64,000 nucleotides of DNA. Origin: Candidatus Omnitrophota bacterium (GTDB lineage Bacteria > Omnitrophota > Gorgyraeia > Zapsychrales > Zapsychraceae). The stretch is taken from assembly GCA_016212005.1 (NCBI GenBank), contig JACRHP010000043.1, positions 99-64,098 on the forward strand, given 5' to 3'. A program made the translations under genes and the position numbers. The first letter of the stretch is position 1. Each line of letters begins with the position of its first letter. Positions 36,270 to 44,685 of the stretch are shown here, piece by piece. The notes beneath the pieces were generated by a model. The model did no database searches. It had not been told where the DNA came from and saw only the letters and a list, made by a program, of their open reading frames with translations.

Positions 36270-37835
36270 GTGGCCGCTCCTTTTAAAAAGACAGTGTTAA
36301 GGTGTGTCCCCCTGGCCTTGTGCCTCCTGGGATTCCTGGCTTACGGCCAGACGCTGAGATACCCTTTCGTCCACGACGAGATCATTTCCATCCAGAATAA
36401 TCCGCTGATCACACATTTCGATTGGAACGAGATTATTCACGGGACCGGGACGGCGGCTGTCAAATGGTCATCGTCGATCAATAACGCCTATTACAGGCCT
36501 TTTCTGGAGTTATTTTACAGGATCGAATACGCGCTCTTTGGTCTTCACCCCGCCGGGTATCATTTCCTGAATATCGTTGTTCATATCCTTAACAGCCTGC
36601 TGGTTTACAGGCTGATGAATATCTTCTTAGACAATAAGAAAGGGTCCGCCTTCGCCGTATCTCTTTTATTCCTTCTGCATCCCGTCCAGACCGAATCGGT
36701 TGCCTGTGTCTCGGGTATATCCAATCTGTTGTTTGCATTCTTCAGTCTTGCCGGCATTTATTTTTATTGTCTGGCGGCGCATCAACGGGCGAACAGGAGA
36801 ATATACTGGGCATCCCTGGCGGCTTCTTTTTTTGCCCTTTTGACCAAAGAGCAGGCGGTCATGCTGCCGGTTTTGATCTTTGGGCTGGATATGGTCATGA
36901 CCCCGCGCGAAGGCCGTTGGTCCTTTGAAGAATTCAGGCGTATCGCGGGACACTTCGCTGTCCTTGCCTGCTATTTTATCCTGCGCAAATTCTTGATGGC
37001 CGGCGGGGCCGTGCCTTTCATCCCGCTGAACAACGAACTCCTTTTGCGGATCGGGTCGATCCCCGGTACACTTCTTATGTATTCAGGCATTATTTTTTAT
37101 CCATCGAGTCTTCATTATTATCGGAGCGTGGATATCCTGGCGCCGGCCGTTGTCCCGGCGGAGATATTTTTGGTTGTGGTCCTGGCGCTCGTCCTGGTAA
37201 TCCGGCGCACGCCTGATCCACACCGGCGGATCCTGGTCGCCGGGGCGGGCTGGTTTATCATCAGCCTGCTGCCGGTCCTGAACATCGTGCCGGTCATTAA
37301 CGAATATTCCCTGATATTGACCGCCGAACATTTTCTTTATTTGCCGCTGGTGGGTGTTTTGATGTTTGTTTTCGGGATTGGGTCTTTTCTGATGGGCCGG
37401 ATACGGGCGCAGCGCCAGGGCGTTTGCGCCGCCGTCGTCATCGGGGGGCTGGCGCTCGTTTCTCTGGTGGCTACGGTGCGCCAGAATACCGTCTGGGCGG
37501 GGGAGGTGCCCCTTCTGGAACGGACGGTGCGTTTTGAACCCCATTTGGGCCGCGCCCGGATGTTGCTGGCGGATGCTTATTATCACCATCATGAATATAA
37601 CAAAGCGATTATAGAGTACCGGCGGGCGCTGGATATTATGAACGGATATCTGGACAGGGTGGGACGTTCGCCGGCCAGGGCCGTATACGCCGCGTTTATC
37701 GAACAAATTTACATTGGTTTGGCCAATAGCGCCATGGCGCTCGGCGACTTTCAGCAGTTCCTTGAAGGGTACAAGCAGGCCGCCATTGTCCGGAATCATC
37801 CGGGACAGTTCACGTTGTTCGAAGAGGAAAAATAA
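36270..37835 (+). CDS. Polytopic membrane protein with C-terminal TPR region (PMT_2/TMTC-like glycosyltransferase family)
   Basis: YPFVHDEIISIQNNPLI at the first loop, about 10 TMs, and C-terminal TPR-like LLADAYYHHHEYNKAIIEYRRAL. GTG start. Confidence 0.65.
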   Translation: MAAPFKKTVLRCVPLALCLLGFLAYGQTLRYPFVHDEIISIQNNPLITHFDWNEIIHGTGTAAVKWSSSINNAYYRPFLELFYRIEYALFGLHPAGYHFLNIVVHILNSLLVYRLMNIFLDNKKGSAFAVSLLFLLHPVQTESVACVSGISNLLFAFFSLAGIYFYCLAAHQRANRRIYWASLAASFFALLTKEQAVMLPVLIFGLDMVMTPREGRWSFEEFRRIAGHFAVLACYFILRKFLMAGGAVPFIPLNNELLLRIGSIPGTLLMYSGIIFYPSSLHYYRSVDILAPAVVPAEIFLVVVLALVLVIRRTPDPHRRILVAGAGWFIISLLPVLNIVPVINEYSLILTAEHFLYLPLVGVLMFVFGIGSFLMGRIRAQRQGVCAAVVIGGLALVSLVATVRQNTVWAGEVPLLERTVRFEPHLGRARMLLADAYYHHHEYNKAIIEYRRALDIMNGYLDRVGRSPARAVYAAFIEQIYIGLANSAMALGDFQQFLEGYKQAAIVRNHPGQFTLFEEEK

Positions 37836-38519
37836 ATGATGTCCACTAATCTCATGATTACACTGGGAATTATTTTTGTTGTTGTGTGCCTTTTGATGCT
37901 GATTTTTATCCCCACGACCCAAAAACTTCCCAGGAAAAAACGCCGGGCCGTCCCGGAAGCGCCGCCTGCGGCTAAAACCGAGCAGGAGACGGTCCTGCGG
38001 CTGCAAAAACATATCCAGTCTTTGCGCGGCGAGATTGCCGCCGGGGAACAGCGGGAAAAGACCAGTCAATACGAGTTGACCATCGAAAAGGTCAAGATCA
38101 AGAAATTACAGGAGAAATTGACCCAGGAACGCGAATGGCACGGGCGCGAACAAAGCGCGCTGGATAAGAAAGCCGGGGAATTCCAGCGTTCCAAAGAGGA
38201 GCTGGCGAGGGTCCAGGAGCAATTTAACCGCGAGCACGTGGAAAACCTGCGCCAAGGCAAGGCGATTGAAGAACTCAAGCGCGAGGTCGCGGGCTTGCAG
38301 GATAGCCGCCGGGCCGCGGAAGCCGAGAGCGCCCGGTTGAGGGCCAAAATGGAAAATCAACAGGGAGAGCTCGCTCAACTGCGCAAGGAAAACACGGCGC
38401 TGCGCAAACAAAAGGAAGACACGACGTGGGTGGCCAAAGCCGACTATGACAAGGTCGAACAGCAGCTGCGCGAGAAACAGAAAGAGCTCGAGCGGATCAA
38501 GCGGGAGTCCGGCAAGTAA
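37836..38519 (+). CDS. Membrane-anchored coiled-coil protein, unknown function
   Basis: One N-terminal TM, then about 190 aa of E/K/Q/R-rich heptad-like sequence. Confidence 0.45.
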   Translation: MMSTNLMITLGIIFVVVCLLMLIFIPTTQKLPRKKRRAVPEAPPAAKTEQETVLRLQKHIQSLRGEIAAGEQREKTSQYELTIEKVKIKKLQEKLTQEREWHGREQSALDKKAGEFQRSKEELARVQEQFNREHVENLRQGKAIEELKREVAGLQDSRRAAEAESARLRAKMENQQGELAQLRKENTALRKQKEDTTWVAKADYDKVEQQLREKQKELERIKRESGK

Positions 38520-38630
38520 ACCGCCTCAATTTTGGGCTGGAAATCGATGACGACGGGGGATGTATCATGCCTTTAACCGTTGCCTGTCAGGACCTTGCCT
38601 GGAGCAGTGCCCGCACGGCTGAAAGATGAG

Positions 38631-38734
38631 ATGAGAAAACAACATGTTTCCTTGCTGCCGCGATCGACTTCGAGACCGCGGACTACGGGCGCGACAGCGC
38701 GTGTGCCGTCGCGGTCGTACGCGTTGAAGGTTAA
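38631..38734 (+). pseudogene. Remnant of a DEDD (DnaQ-like) 3'-5' exonuclease N-terminus
   Basis: The frame starting at 38648 reads FLAAAIDFETADYGRDSACAVAVVRVEG then stops at 38732-38734. IDFETA is the Exo I motif. The only nearby ATG (38631, MRKQH) is in a different frame, so the remnant is both frameshifted and truncated. Confidence 0.45.
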
Positions 38735-38797
38735 GTCTGACGCCGAAGCGTGTGCGAGGATTGTCATCGCGGCGGCGAAGACAGGAGGGAAAAAATC

Positions 38798-39148
38798 ATG
38801 ACTAAAGGATCTTTGCCTGTGCGCGGGAATAGATCCTTTGAAGATTTGAAGAAAAGAAACGAACATGGCGCTGAATATTGGAGCGCGAGGGACCTTCAGT
38901 CGCTATTAGGGTACGGGCAGTGGCGGCGTTTCGAGGATGCCATTAAAAGGGCGATCACTTCCTGTAAACAGTCGGGAAATGAACCTGGTCATCACTTTGC
39001 CAACGCCGGCAAACCGATAACGGGCGGGAAGGGGGCGGTGCAGATCGCACAGGACTACCACCGCCCGCGTAAAGCGCGGCATGTTTTCGGGCCATCGTTT
39101 CGCGGCGGATCATTTGGGTCGTTGGGCTGTAAGAGAGAAATGAGATGA
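38798..39148 (+). pseudogene. DinD-like (DNA-damage-inducible protein D) N-terminal fragment
   Basis: RBS AGGAGGG and ATG 38798. FEDLKKRNEHGAEYWSARDLQSLLGYGQWRRFEDAIKRAITSCKQSG...HF parallels E. coli DinD residues about 8-70 as I recall that sequence. Similarity ends after DYH, and the ORF is 116 aa versus about 270 aa for DinD. Confidence 0.55.
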
Positions 39149-41670
39149 TAAAGGAAGCCAAAGCAAGGATTCTGATCAACGACCTTCTCCGGAGGTCCGG
39201 CTGGCGCTTTTTTGACGACGAGACCGGCCCCGCCAACATCGCGCTTGAAGCAAACGTCAAACTCAAGAAGAAGGGCATTGAAGATCTCGGCGACGATTTC
39301 GAGAAGACCGCCACAGGCTTTATTGATTACCTTCTGCTGGACGAACGCGGCTTCCCGATAGCCGTTCTTGAAGCCAAGTCGGAGAAGTTCGACCCTCTCG
39401 TCGGCAAGGAACAGGCCAGGAAATACGCCCGTTCGCAGAATGTCCGGTTTGTCATCCTGTCCAACGGCAATCTGCATTACTTCTGGGACCTGGAGCAAGG
39501 CAATCCGGCCATCATCACCGGGTTCCCGACGCCGGATTCCCTGGGACATTTTCACGCGTTCAAGCCCAACCCCGACGCGCTGGTCGTCGAGAAGGTGGAG
39601 ACCGACTACGTCGCCATCACCCAGAACCCGGGTTACCGGAACGATCCTCGCTGGAACGATCCCGGGCAGCGTGATGCCTTCATCAAAGACGCGGAGCTGA
39701 AGTTCCTGCGCCCCTACCAGATCCGGGCGATTGCGGCGCTTCAAGACGCCGCGCGCAACGGCGGGACGCGGTTCTTGTTCGAAATGGCCACCGGCACGGG
39801 GAAAACGCTTATTGCCGCCGCTGTCATAAAGCTTTTTCTACGTACATGTAACGCCAACCGCATCCTGTTCCTGGTAGACCGCCTCGAACTGGAAGATCAG
39901 GCGAGAAAACGCTTTGTGCAGTTTCTCAAGAACGATTTCCGCACGGTCATCTACAAGGAAAACCGCGACGACTGGCGCAAGGCCGAGATCGTGGTTTCCA
40001 CGGTCCAAAGCCTCCAGTTCAACAACAAGTACCGGCGGCTTTTTTCGCCGACCGATTTTGACCTCCTGATTTCCGACGAGGCGCACCGCTCCATCGGCGG
40101 CAACAGCCGCGCGGTGTTTGAATACTTCATCGGTTACAAGCTCGGCCTGACCGCGACGCCGAAGGACTATCTCAAGAAGATTGACCCGGCCAGGATCAGC
40201 GCGCGCGATCCGCGCGAGTGGGAACGCCGCCAACTGCTGGACACCTATAAGACATTCGGATGCGAGAGCGGCGCGCCGACCTTCCGCTACAGCCTCGTTG
40301 ACGGCGTGCGCGAAGGTTACCTGCTCAATCCGGTTGTCGTGGACGCGCGGACGGAAATCACCACGGAATTACTCGCCGAAGAAGGCTATTCTATCATGCA
40401 GGAAAACGAAGACGGGGAATTGGTCGAGCAGACTTTTTTCGGCAAGGATTTTGAAAAGAAGTTTTTCTCGGACGAGACCAACCGTATCTTCTGCGAAACC
40501 TTCTTGAAGAGCGCCCTTCGTGATCCGTTGAGCGGGGAGATCGGGAAGAGCATCGTGTTCTGTGTCCGGCAGGACCACGCCACCCGGATCACCCGGACGC
40601 TCAACGAAATGGCGCGCGCCATGTTTCCCGGCAAGTACACCTCCGACTTTGCCGTTCAGGTGACCTCCAATGTCGGCGACACCGCCCAGCAAATGGCGGT
40701 CAGCTTCGCCAACAACAACCTCAACGGCCACACCCGGTTTCTGGAAGGCTACATCAGCGCGAAGACACGCGTCTGCGTGACTGTCGGCATGATGACGACC
40801 GGTTACGACTGCGAAGACCTCCTGAATATCGTCCTGCTTCGGCCGATCTTTTCACCGACGGATTTCATCCAGATCAAAGGCCGCGGAACACGCAAGTTCA
40901 CTTTCCGTTATGTCGAGAGGGAAGGCGGCCAGGCGCAGGAGCACACGAAGCCGAAAGAGAAGTTCAAACTTTTCGACTTCTTCGCTGTCTGCGAGTATTT
41001 TGAGAAGAAGTTTAACTACGATGAGATTATCGAATTGCCGCCTATCACAGGAACCGGCGGGGGTGGCGGTGGAGGTGGCGGCGGGACCGATAAGGACTTC
41101 ACGAATGTGAACCCGGATCCGCTCAAGACGATGATTGAAACACCGGTTCCAGTCTACGGCATGAGGATTGATCGCAAGTTCTTCGAGAAATTCGAGGACA
41201 AGGTCAAGGCCGCGCCGGAAGTGCGCGAGCGCTACGAGCGCGGCGACATCAAGGGGGCGGAAGAGATTGTCGTCGCCTCCCTGTTCAATAAACCGGAGGA
41301 CTTTTTCAACCTTGACAAGCTCCGGAAAGCCGTCCAACTGGACAGGCGGGTTACGCTCCGCGAGATTCTGGCCAAAGCGTTTGGTGAGATTGACCGCTTC
41401 AAGACCAAGGACGAGTTGCTTGAAGAAGAGCTGGCGAAGTTTGTTTCCATCCACAAACCCGACGCCGCCCACATACTCGTGATCCGGCAGTTTTTCAAGG
41501 CGTATGTGACCGACGGCGGAGTCCGGGCCATCGTGGATTCCCGTGAGTTTCCACGGCTGGCGGACAATCCCAAGGTTTCACTCGCGGATGTCCGCGCCCT
41601 CGGCCAGTGGCGGGATGTTATCCCGGAATACGTGAAGGACTATGTTTCGTTGAACCAGTTTGCGGCGTAG
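39145..41670 (+). CDS. hsdR: Type I restriction enzyme R subunit (HSDR_N nuclease + SF2 helicase + EcoEI_R_C-like C-terminus)
   Basis: PD-(D/E)xK region FIDYLLLDERGFPIAVLEAKSE. Helicase motifs FEMATGTGKT, LLISDEAHRS, QIKGRGTR. The start overlaps the dinD-fragment stop (ATGA). Confidence 0.85.
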   Translation: MIKEAKARILINDLLRRSGWRFFDDETGPANIALEANVKLKKKGIEDLGDDFEKTATGFIDYLLLDERGFPIAVLEAKSEKFDPLVGKEQARKYARSQNVRFVILSNGNLHYFWDLEQGNPAIITGFPTPDSLGHFHAFKPNPDALVVEKVETDYVAITQNPGYRNDPRWNDPGQRDAFIKDAELKFLRPYQIRAIAALQDAARNGGTRFLFEMATGTGKTLIAAAVIKLFLRTCNANRILFLVDRLELEDQARKRFVQFLKNDFRTVIYKENRDDWRKAEIVVSTVQSLQFNNKYRRLFSPTDFDLLISDEAHRSIGGNSRAVFEYFIGYKLGLTATPKDYLKKIDPARISARDPREWERRQLLDTYKTFGCESGAPTFRYSLVDGVREGYLLNPVVVDARTEITTELLAEEGYSIMQENEDGELVEQTFFGKDFEKKFFSDETNRIFCETFLKSALRDPLSGEIGKSIVFCVRQDHATRITRTLNEMARAMFPGKYTSDFAVQVTSNVGDTAQQMAVSFANNNLNGHTRFLEGYISAKTRVCVTVGMMTTGYDCEDLLNIVLLRPIFSPTDFIQIKGRGTRKFTFRYVEREGGQAQEHTKPKEKFKLFDFFAVCEYFEKKFNYDEIIELPPITGTGGGGGGGGGGTDKDFTNVNPDPLKTMIETPVPVYGMRIDRKFFEKFEDKVKAAPEVRERYERGDIKGAEEIVVASLFNKPEDFFNLDKLRKAVQLDRRVTLREILAKAFGEIDRFKTKDELLEEELAKFVSIHKPDAAHILVIRQFFKAYVTDGGVRAIVDSREFPRLADNPKVSLADVRALGQWRDVIPEYVKDYVSLNQFAA

Positions 41671-41688
41671 AAGGAGGGCAGAGGAAGC

Positions 41689-42288
41689 ATGAATAACTTA
41701 ATGATACCGGCTGAAAAGATACAGAAAGTGATTTACCTGATCCGGGCACAGAAGGTCATGTTGGACCGCGATTTGGCTGCAATGTACGGTGTGCCTACAA
41801 AGGTTCTCAAGCAGGCCGTGAGGCGCAATGCCACACGTTTTCCCGCTGATTTTATGTTCGTCCTTACGCGGGAAGAATTTGCCGATTGGAGGTCACAATT
41901 TATGACCTCCGATGCCGATCGGGCAGAGTTTTTGAGGTCACAATCTGTGACCTCAAAAACGGACCCTCGCGGGGGCACGCAGTATCCGCCAATGGTTTTT
42001 ACTGAACAAGGCGTCGCCATGCTGTCGAGCGTGCTCAACAGCGAACGGGCCATTCAGGTCAACATCGCGATCATGCGGACGTTTACGCAGTTGAGGCAAA
42101 TGCTGTTATCGAATACAGAACTTGCCCGGAAACTGGCCGACTTGGAAAAGAGGTACGACACGCAATTCAAGGTGGTTTTTGATGCGATTCGCCAGCTCAT
42201 GACCCCGCCCGATCTGCCCCGCAAGCCGATCGGTTTCCATGTGCGGGAGCCGGGCGCGAAATATGGCATCCGCCGCAAGGAAAAATGA
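41689..42288 (+). CDS. ORF6N (KilA-N-like) DNA-binding domain protein
   Basis: VMLDRDLAAMYGV, RFPADFMF, RSQxxTS motif (present twice) and FTEQGVAMLSSVL. This is a common passenger between type I R-M genes. Confidence 0.8.
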   Translation: MNNLMIPAEKIQKVIYLIRAQKVMLDRDLAAMYGVPTKVLKQAVRRNATRFPADFMFVLTREEFADWRSQFMTSDADRAEFLRSQSVTSKTDPRGGTQYPPMVFTEQGVAMLSSVLNSERAIQVNIAIMRTFTQLRQMLLSNTELARKLADLEKRYDTQFKVVFDAIRQLMTPPDLPRKPIGFHVREPGAKYGIRRKEK

Positions 42289-42291
42289 CCG

Positions 42292-44685
42292 ATGCTCGAT
42301 TCCGAAACCAAATCCCGTATTGACTCCGCGCGCGACATTCTCGTCGGCAAGGTGCCCGACCCGAAATCGCAGGTGGAGCAGATCACCATCGCGCTGATCT
42401 ACAAGTTCATGGACGACATGGACCGCCAGTCCGAAGAACTCGGCGGCAAGGCGGCGTTCTTTTCCGGCGGCTTCAAGAAGTACCGCTGGGCCAACCTGCT
42501 TGACAAGCGTCTCGGCGGCCATGAACGCCTGATCCTCTATGCCGAAGGCCTCGAGAAGATGAACGTGAACAAGAACATTCCCCAGCTTTTCCGGGACATC
42601 TTCAAGGGCGTGTTCCTGCCTTATCGCGATCCCGAGACGCTCAACCTGTTCTTAAAAGAGATCAACGGCTTCACCTACGACCACAGCGAACGGCTCGGCG
42701 ACGCCTTCGAATACCTGCTGTCCGTTCTCGGTACACAGGGCGACGCCGGGCAATTCCGCACCCCGCGCCATATCATTGATTTCATCGTCGCCGTGGTGGA
42801 CCCGAAGAAGAACGAGACCGTCCTTGACCCTGCCTGCGGCACGGCGGGTTTTCTCATATCGGCATTCAAGCACATTTTGAGGAGTTGCTCCTCAAAACCC
42901 TCACCCCGTTCCCCTCTCCCAGTGGGAGAGGGGCCAGGGGGAGAGGGTGCGGCAACGCGGCTTAGGAGAGGGAGCGAGCACTATCGCGGCGGTTTCGATT
43001 TTGCCGGGTTGAAGGAACGGGCGAGAGAATTCAGGCAAACGCAAACAGACGCGGAAAAGCTGCTTTGGGAATTGCTCCGGGACCGTCAGCTCGGCGGCGC
43101 GAAGTTCCGGCGTCAACACCAGTTCGGGGACTACATCTGTGACTTCTACTGCGCGGACGCGAAGTTGATTGTGGAATGCGATGGTTCCGTTCACAACACA
43201 GATCGGCGAAAAAAGACTGATCAAAAACGTGATGCCTATCTCAAATCCCAGGGTTTGACTGTGCTTCGCCTTGAAAATGCTCAAGTCTTGAGCGACACCG
43301 AAGCCGTTTTGTCCGCAATTTTCGACCAACTCCCCTCTCCCCCTGGGAGAGGGGATGGGGGTGAGGGTATCCCCGATACAGGGGATAGTGGTATCCCCGG
43401 CGAACTGTCTCCAGATGAGCGTGCGCAAATGATGGCGAATTCCCGGGGATATGACATCGCGCCCGACATGGTGCGGCTGTCCCGCGCCAATATGTACCTG
43501 CACGGTTTCCCTAATCCCGTCATCCACGAGTACGACACGCTGACCAGCGAAGAGCGGTGGGACGAGCGGTGCGACGTGATTATGGCCAATCCGCCGTTCA
43601 TGTCGCCGAAAGGCGGCATCCGCCCGCACAACCGGTTTTCAATCAAGGCCAAGCGCAGCGAAGTGCTTTTCGTGGATTACATCGCTGAACATCTCAACCC
43701 GGGCGGCCGCGCCGGTGTTATCGTGCCCGAGGGGATCATCTTCCAGAGCCAAAACGCCTACAAGGCCCTGCGGAAGATGCTCGTAGAGAATTACCTCTGG
43801 GCCGTGGTCAGCTTGCCCGCCGGCGTGTTCAATCCTTATGAGGGCGTCAAGACATCGATCTTGTTCCTCGACAAGTCACTGGCCAGGAAGACGGACACCA
43901 TCGTCTTCTTCAAAATCGAAAACGACGGCTTCGGCCTCGGCGCACAGCGGCGACCGATAGACAAGAACGACCTCCCGCAGGTGAAGGCCGAACTTGACGC
44001 CTACCTTCACGCTCTGCGCAGCCAAAAATTCATAGAACCCTCTCCCTCTGGGAGAGGGCAGGGTGAGGGCTTCCAGCCCACCTGCGGCCTGATCGTTGCG
44101 AAAGAAAAAATCGCCGCGAATGGAGACTACAACCTCAGCGGGGAGAGATATCGGGAGGGGGCAGCGCAGTCCACGCATTTCCCTTGGAGGACGATAGAGT
44201 CCATCGTCGAGACAATCACTCCACCAGCGAAGATTCAGAAGACAGCGTTCGGGCGGGTCGGTCGATTCCCCATCATCGATCAATCGCAAGATGACATTGC
44301 AGGATGGACCGATGATGCGTCCACGTTGATTCGCCCCACCAAACCGCTGGTAATCTTTGGCGATCACACCTGCGCAGTTAAAATCGTTGACACGCCTTTC
44401 GCGCAAGGGGCAGACGGCATCAAGATTCTCCAGACGATAGACGCACTTGATCCGCGATTCCTATTTCACGTCCTTCGATCCAGACCGATAGAGAGCGACG
44501 GCTATCAAAGACACTATTCCAAACTCAAGGAACACCAAATCCCACTGCCGCCGCTGGAGGTGCAGAAGGAGATCGTGGCGGAGATCGAGCATGAGCAGAG
44601 GGGCATAGAAGCTTGCAAGTCGTTGATCGAAAAACATCAGCAAAAAATCAAAGCCCGTATTGCGAAGGTGTGGGGGGAGAAGTGA
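42292..44685 (+). CDS. hsdM: Type I R-M methyltransferase fused to a single-TRD half specificity subunit, interrupted in-frame by a DUF559 domain
   Basis: HsdM motifs FRTPRHI, VLDPACGTAGFL and IMANPPF. A DUF559 block lies between motif I and NPPF (AEKLLWELLRDRQLGGAKFRRQHQFGDYICDFYCADAKLIVECDGSVH). The C-terminal 200 aa resemble one HsdS TRD plus conserved helix (IPLPPLEVQKEIVAEIE). Confidence 0.8.
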   Translation: MLDSETKSRIDSARDILVGKVPDPKSQVEQITIALIYKFMDDMDRQSEELGGKAAFFSGGFKKYRWANLLDKRLGGHERLILYAEGLEKMNVNKNIPQLFRDIFKGVFLPYRDPETLNLFLKEINGFTYDHSERLGDAFEYLLSVLGTQGDAGQFRTPRHIIDFIVAVVDPKKNETVLDPACGTAGFLISAFKHILRSCSSKPSPRSPLPVGEGPGGEGAATRLRRGSEHYRGGFDFAGLKERAREFRQTQTDAEKLLWELLRDRQLGGAKFRRQHQFGDYICDFYCADAKLIVECDGSVHNTDRRKKTDQKRDAYLKSQGLTVLRLENAQVLSDTEAVLSAIFDQLPSPPGRGDGGEGIPDTGDSGIPGELSPDERAQMMANSRGYDIAPDMVRLSRANMYLHGFPNPVIHEYDTLTSEERWDERCDVIMANPPFMSPKGGIRPHNRFSIKAKRSEVLFVDYIAEHLNPGGRAGVIVPEGIIFQSQNAYKALRKMLVENYLWAVVSLPAGVFNPYEGVKTSILFLDKSLARKTDTIVFFKIENDGFGLGAQRRPIDKNDLPQVKAELDAYLHALRSQKFIEPSPSGRGQGEGFQPTCGLIVAKEKIAANGDYNLSGERYREGAAQSTHFPWRTIESIVETITPPAKIQKTAFGRVGRFPIIDQSQDDIAGWTDDASTLIRPTKPLVIFGDHTCAVKIVDTPFAQGADGIKILQTIDALDPRFLFHVLRSRPIESDGYQRHYSKLKEHQIPLPPLEVQKEIVAEIEHEQRGIEACKSLIEKHQQKIKARIAKVWGEK
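42875..43367 (+). mobile_element. DUF559 (Vsr-fold endonuclease) cassette flanked by about 36-nt terminal inverted repeats, inserted in-frame in hsdM
   Basis: Left end is ccctcaccccgttcccctctcccagtgggagagggg (42898-42933). The reverse complement of the right end (43332-43367) is ccctcacccccatcccctctcccagggggagagggg. A perfect palindrome TTTTGAGGAG-ttg-CTCCTCAAAA lies at 42875-42897. The exact limits are uncertain. Confidence 0.5.
44038..44069. repeat. Solo copy of the DUF559-element terminus (in right-end orientation)
   Basis: ccctctccctctgggagagggcagggtgaggg closely matches the right TIR at 43332-43367. It encodes EPSPSGRGQGEGF at the HsdM/HsdS-like junction. Confidence 0.55.

Noticed and set aside
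41056-41085. Run of about ten glycine codons in hsdR as a phase-variable simple sequence repeat
   Set aside because: The codons are mixed (ggc ggg ggt ggc ggt gga ggt ggc ggc ggg), so there is neither a homopolymer nor a strict repeat unit. It is more likely a flexible linker before the EcoEI_R_C-like domain than a slippage switch.
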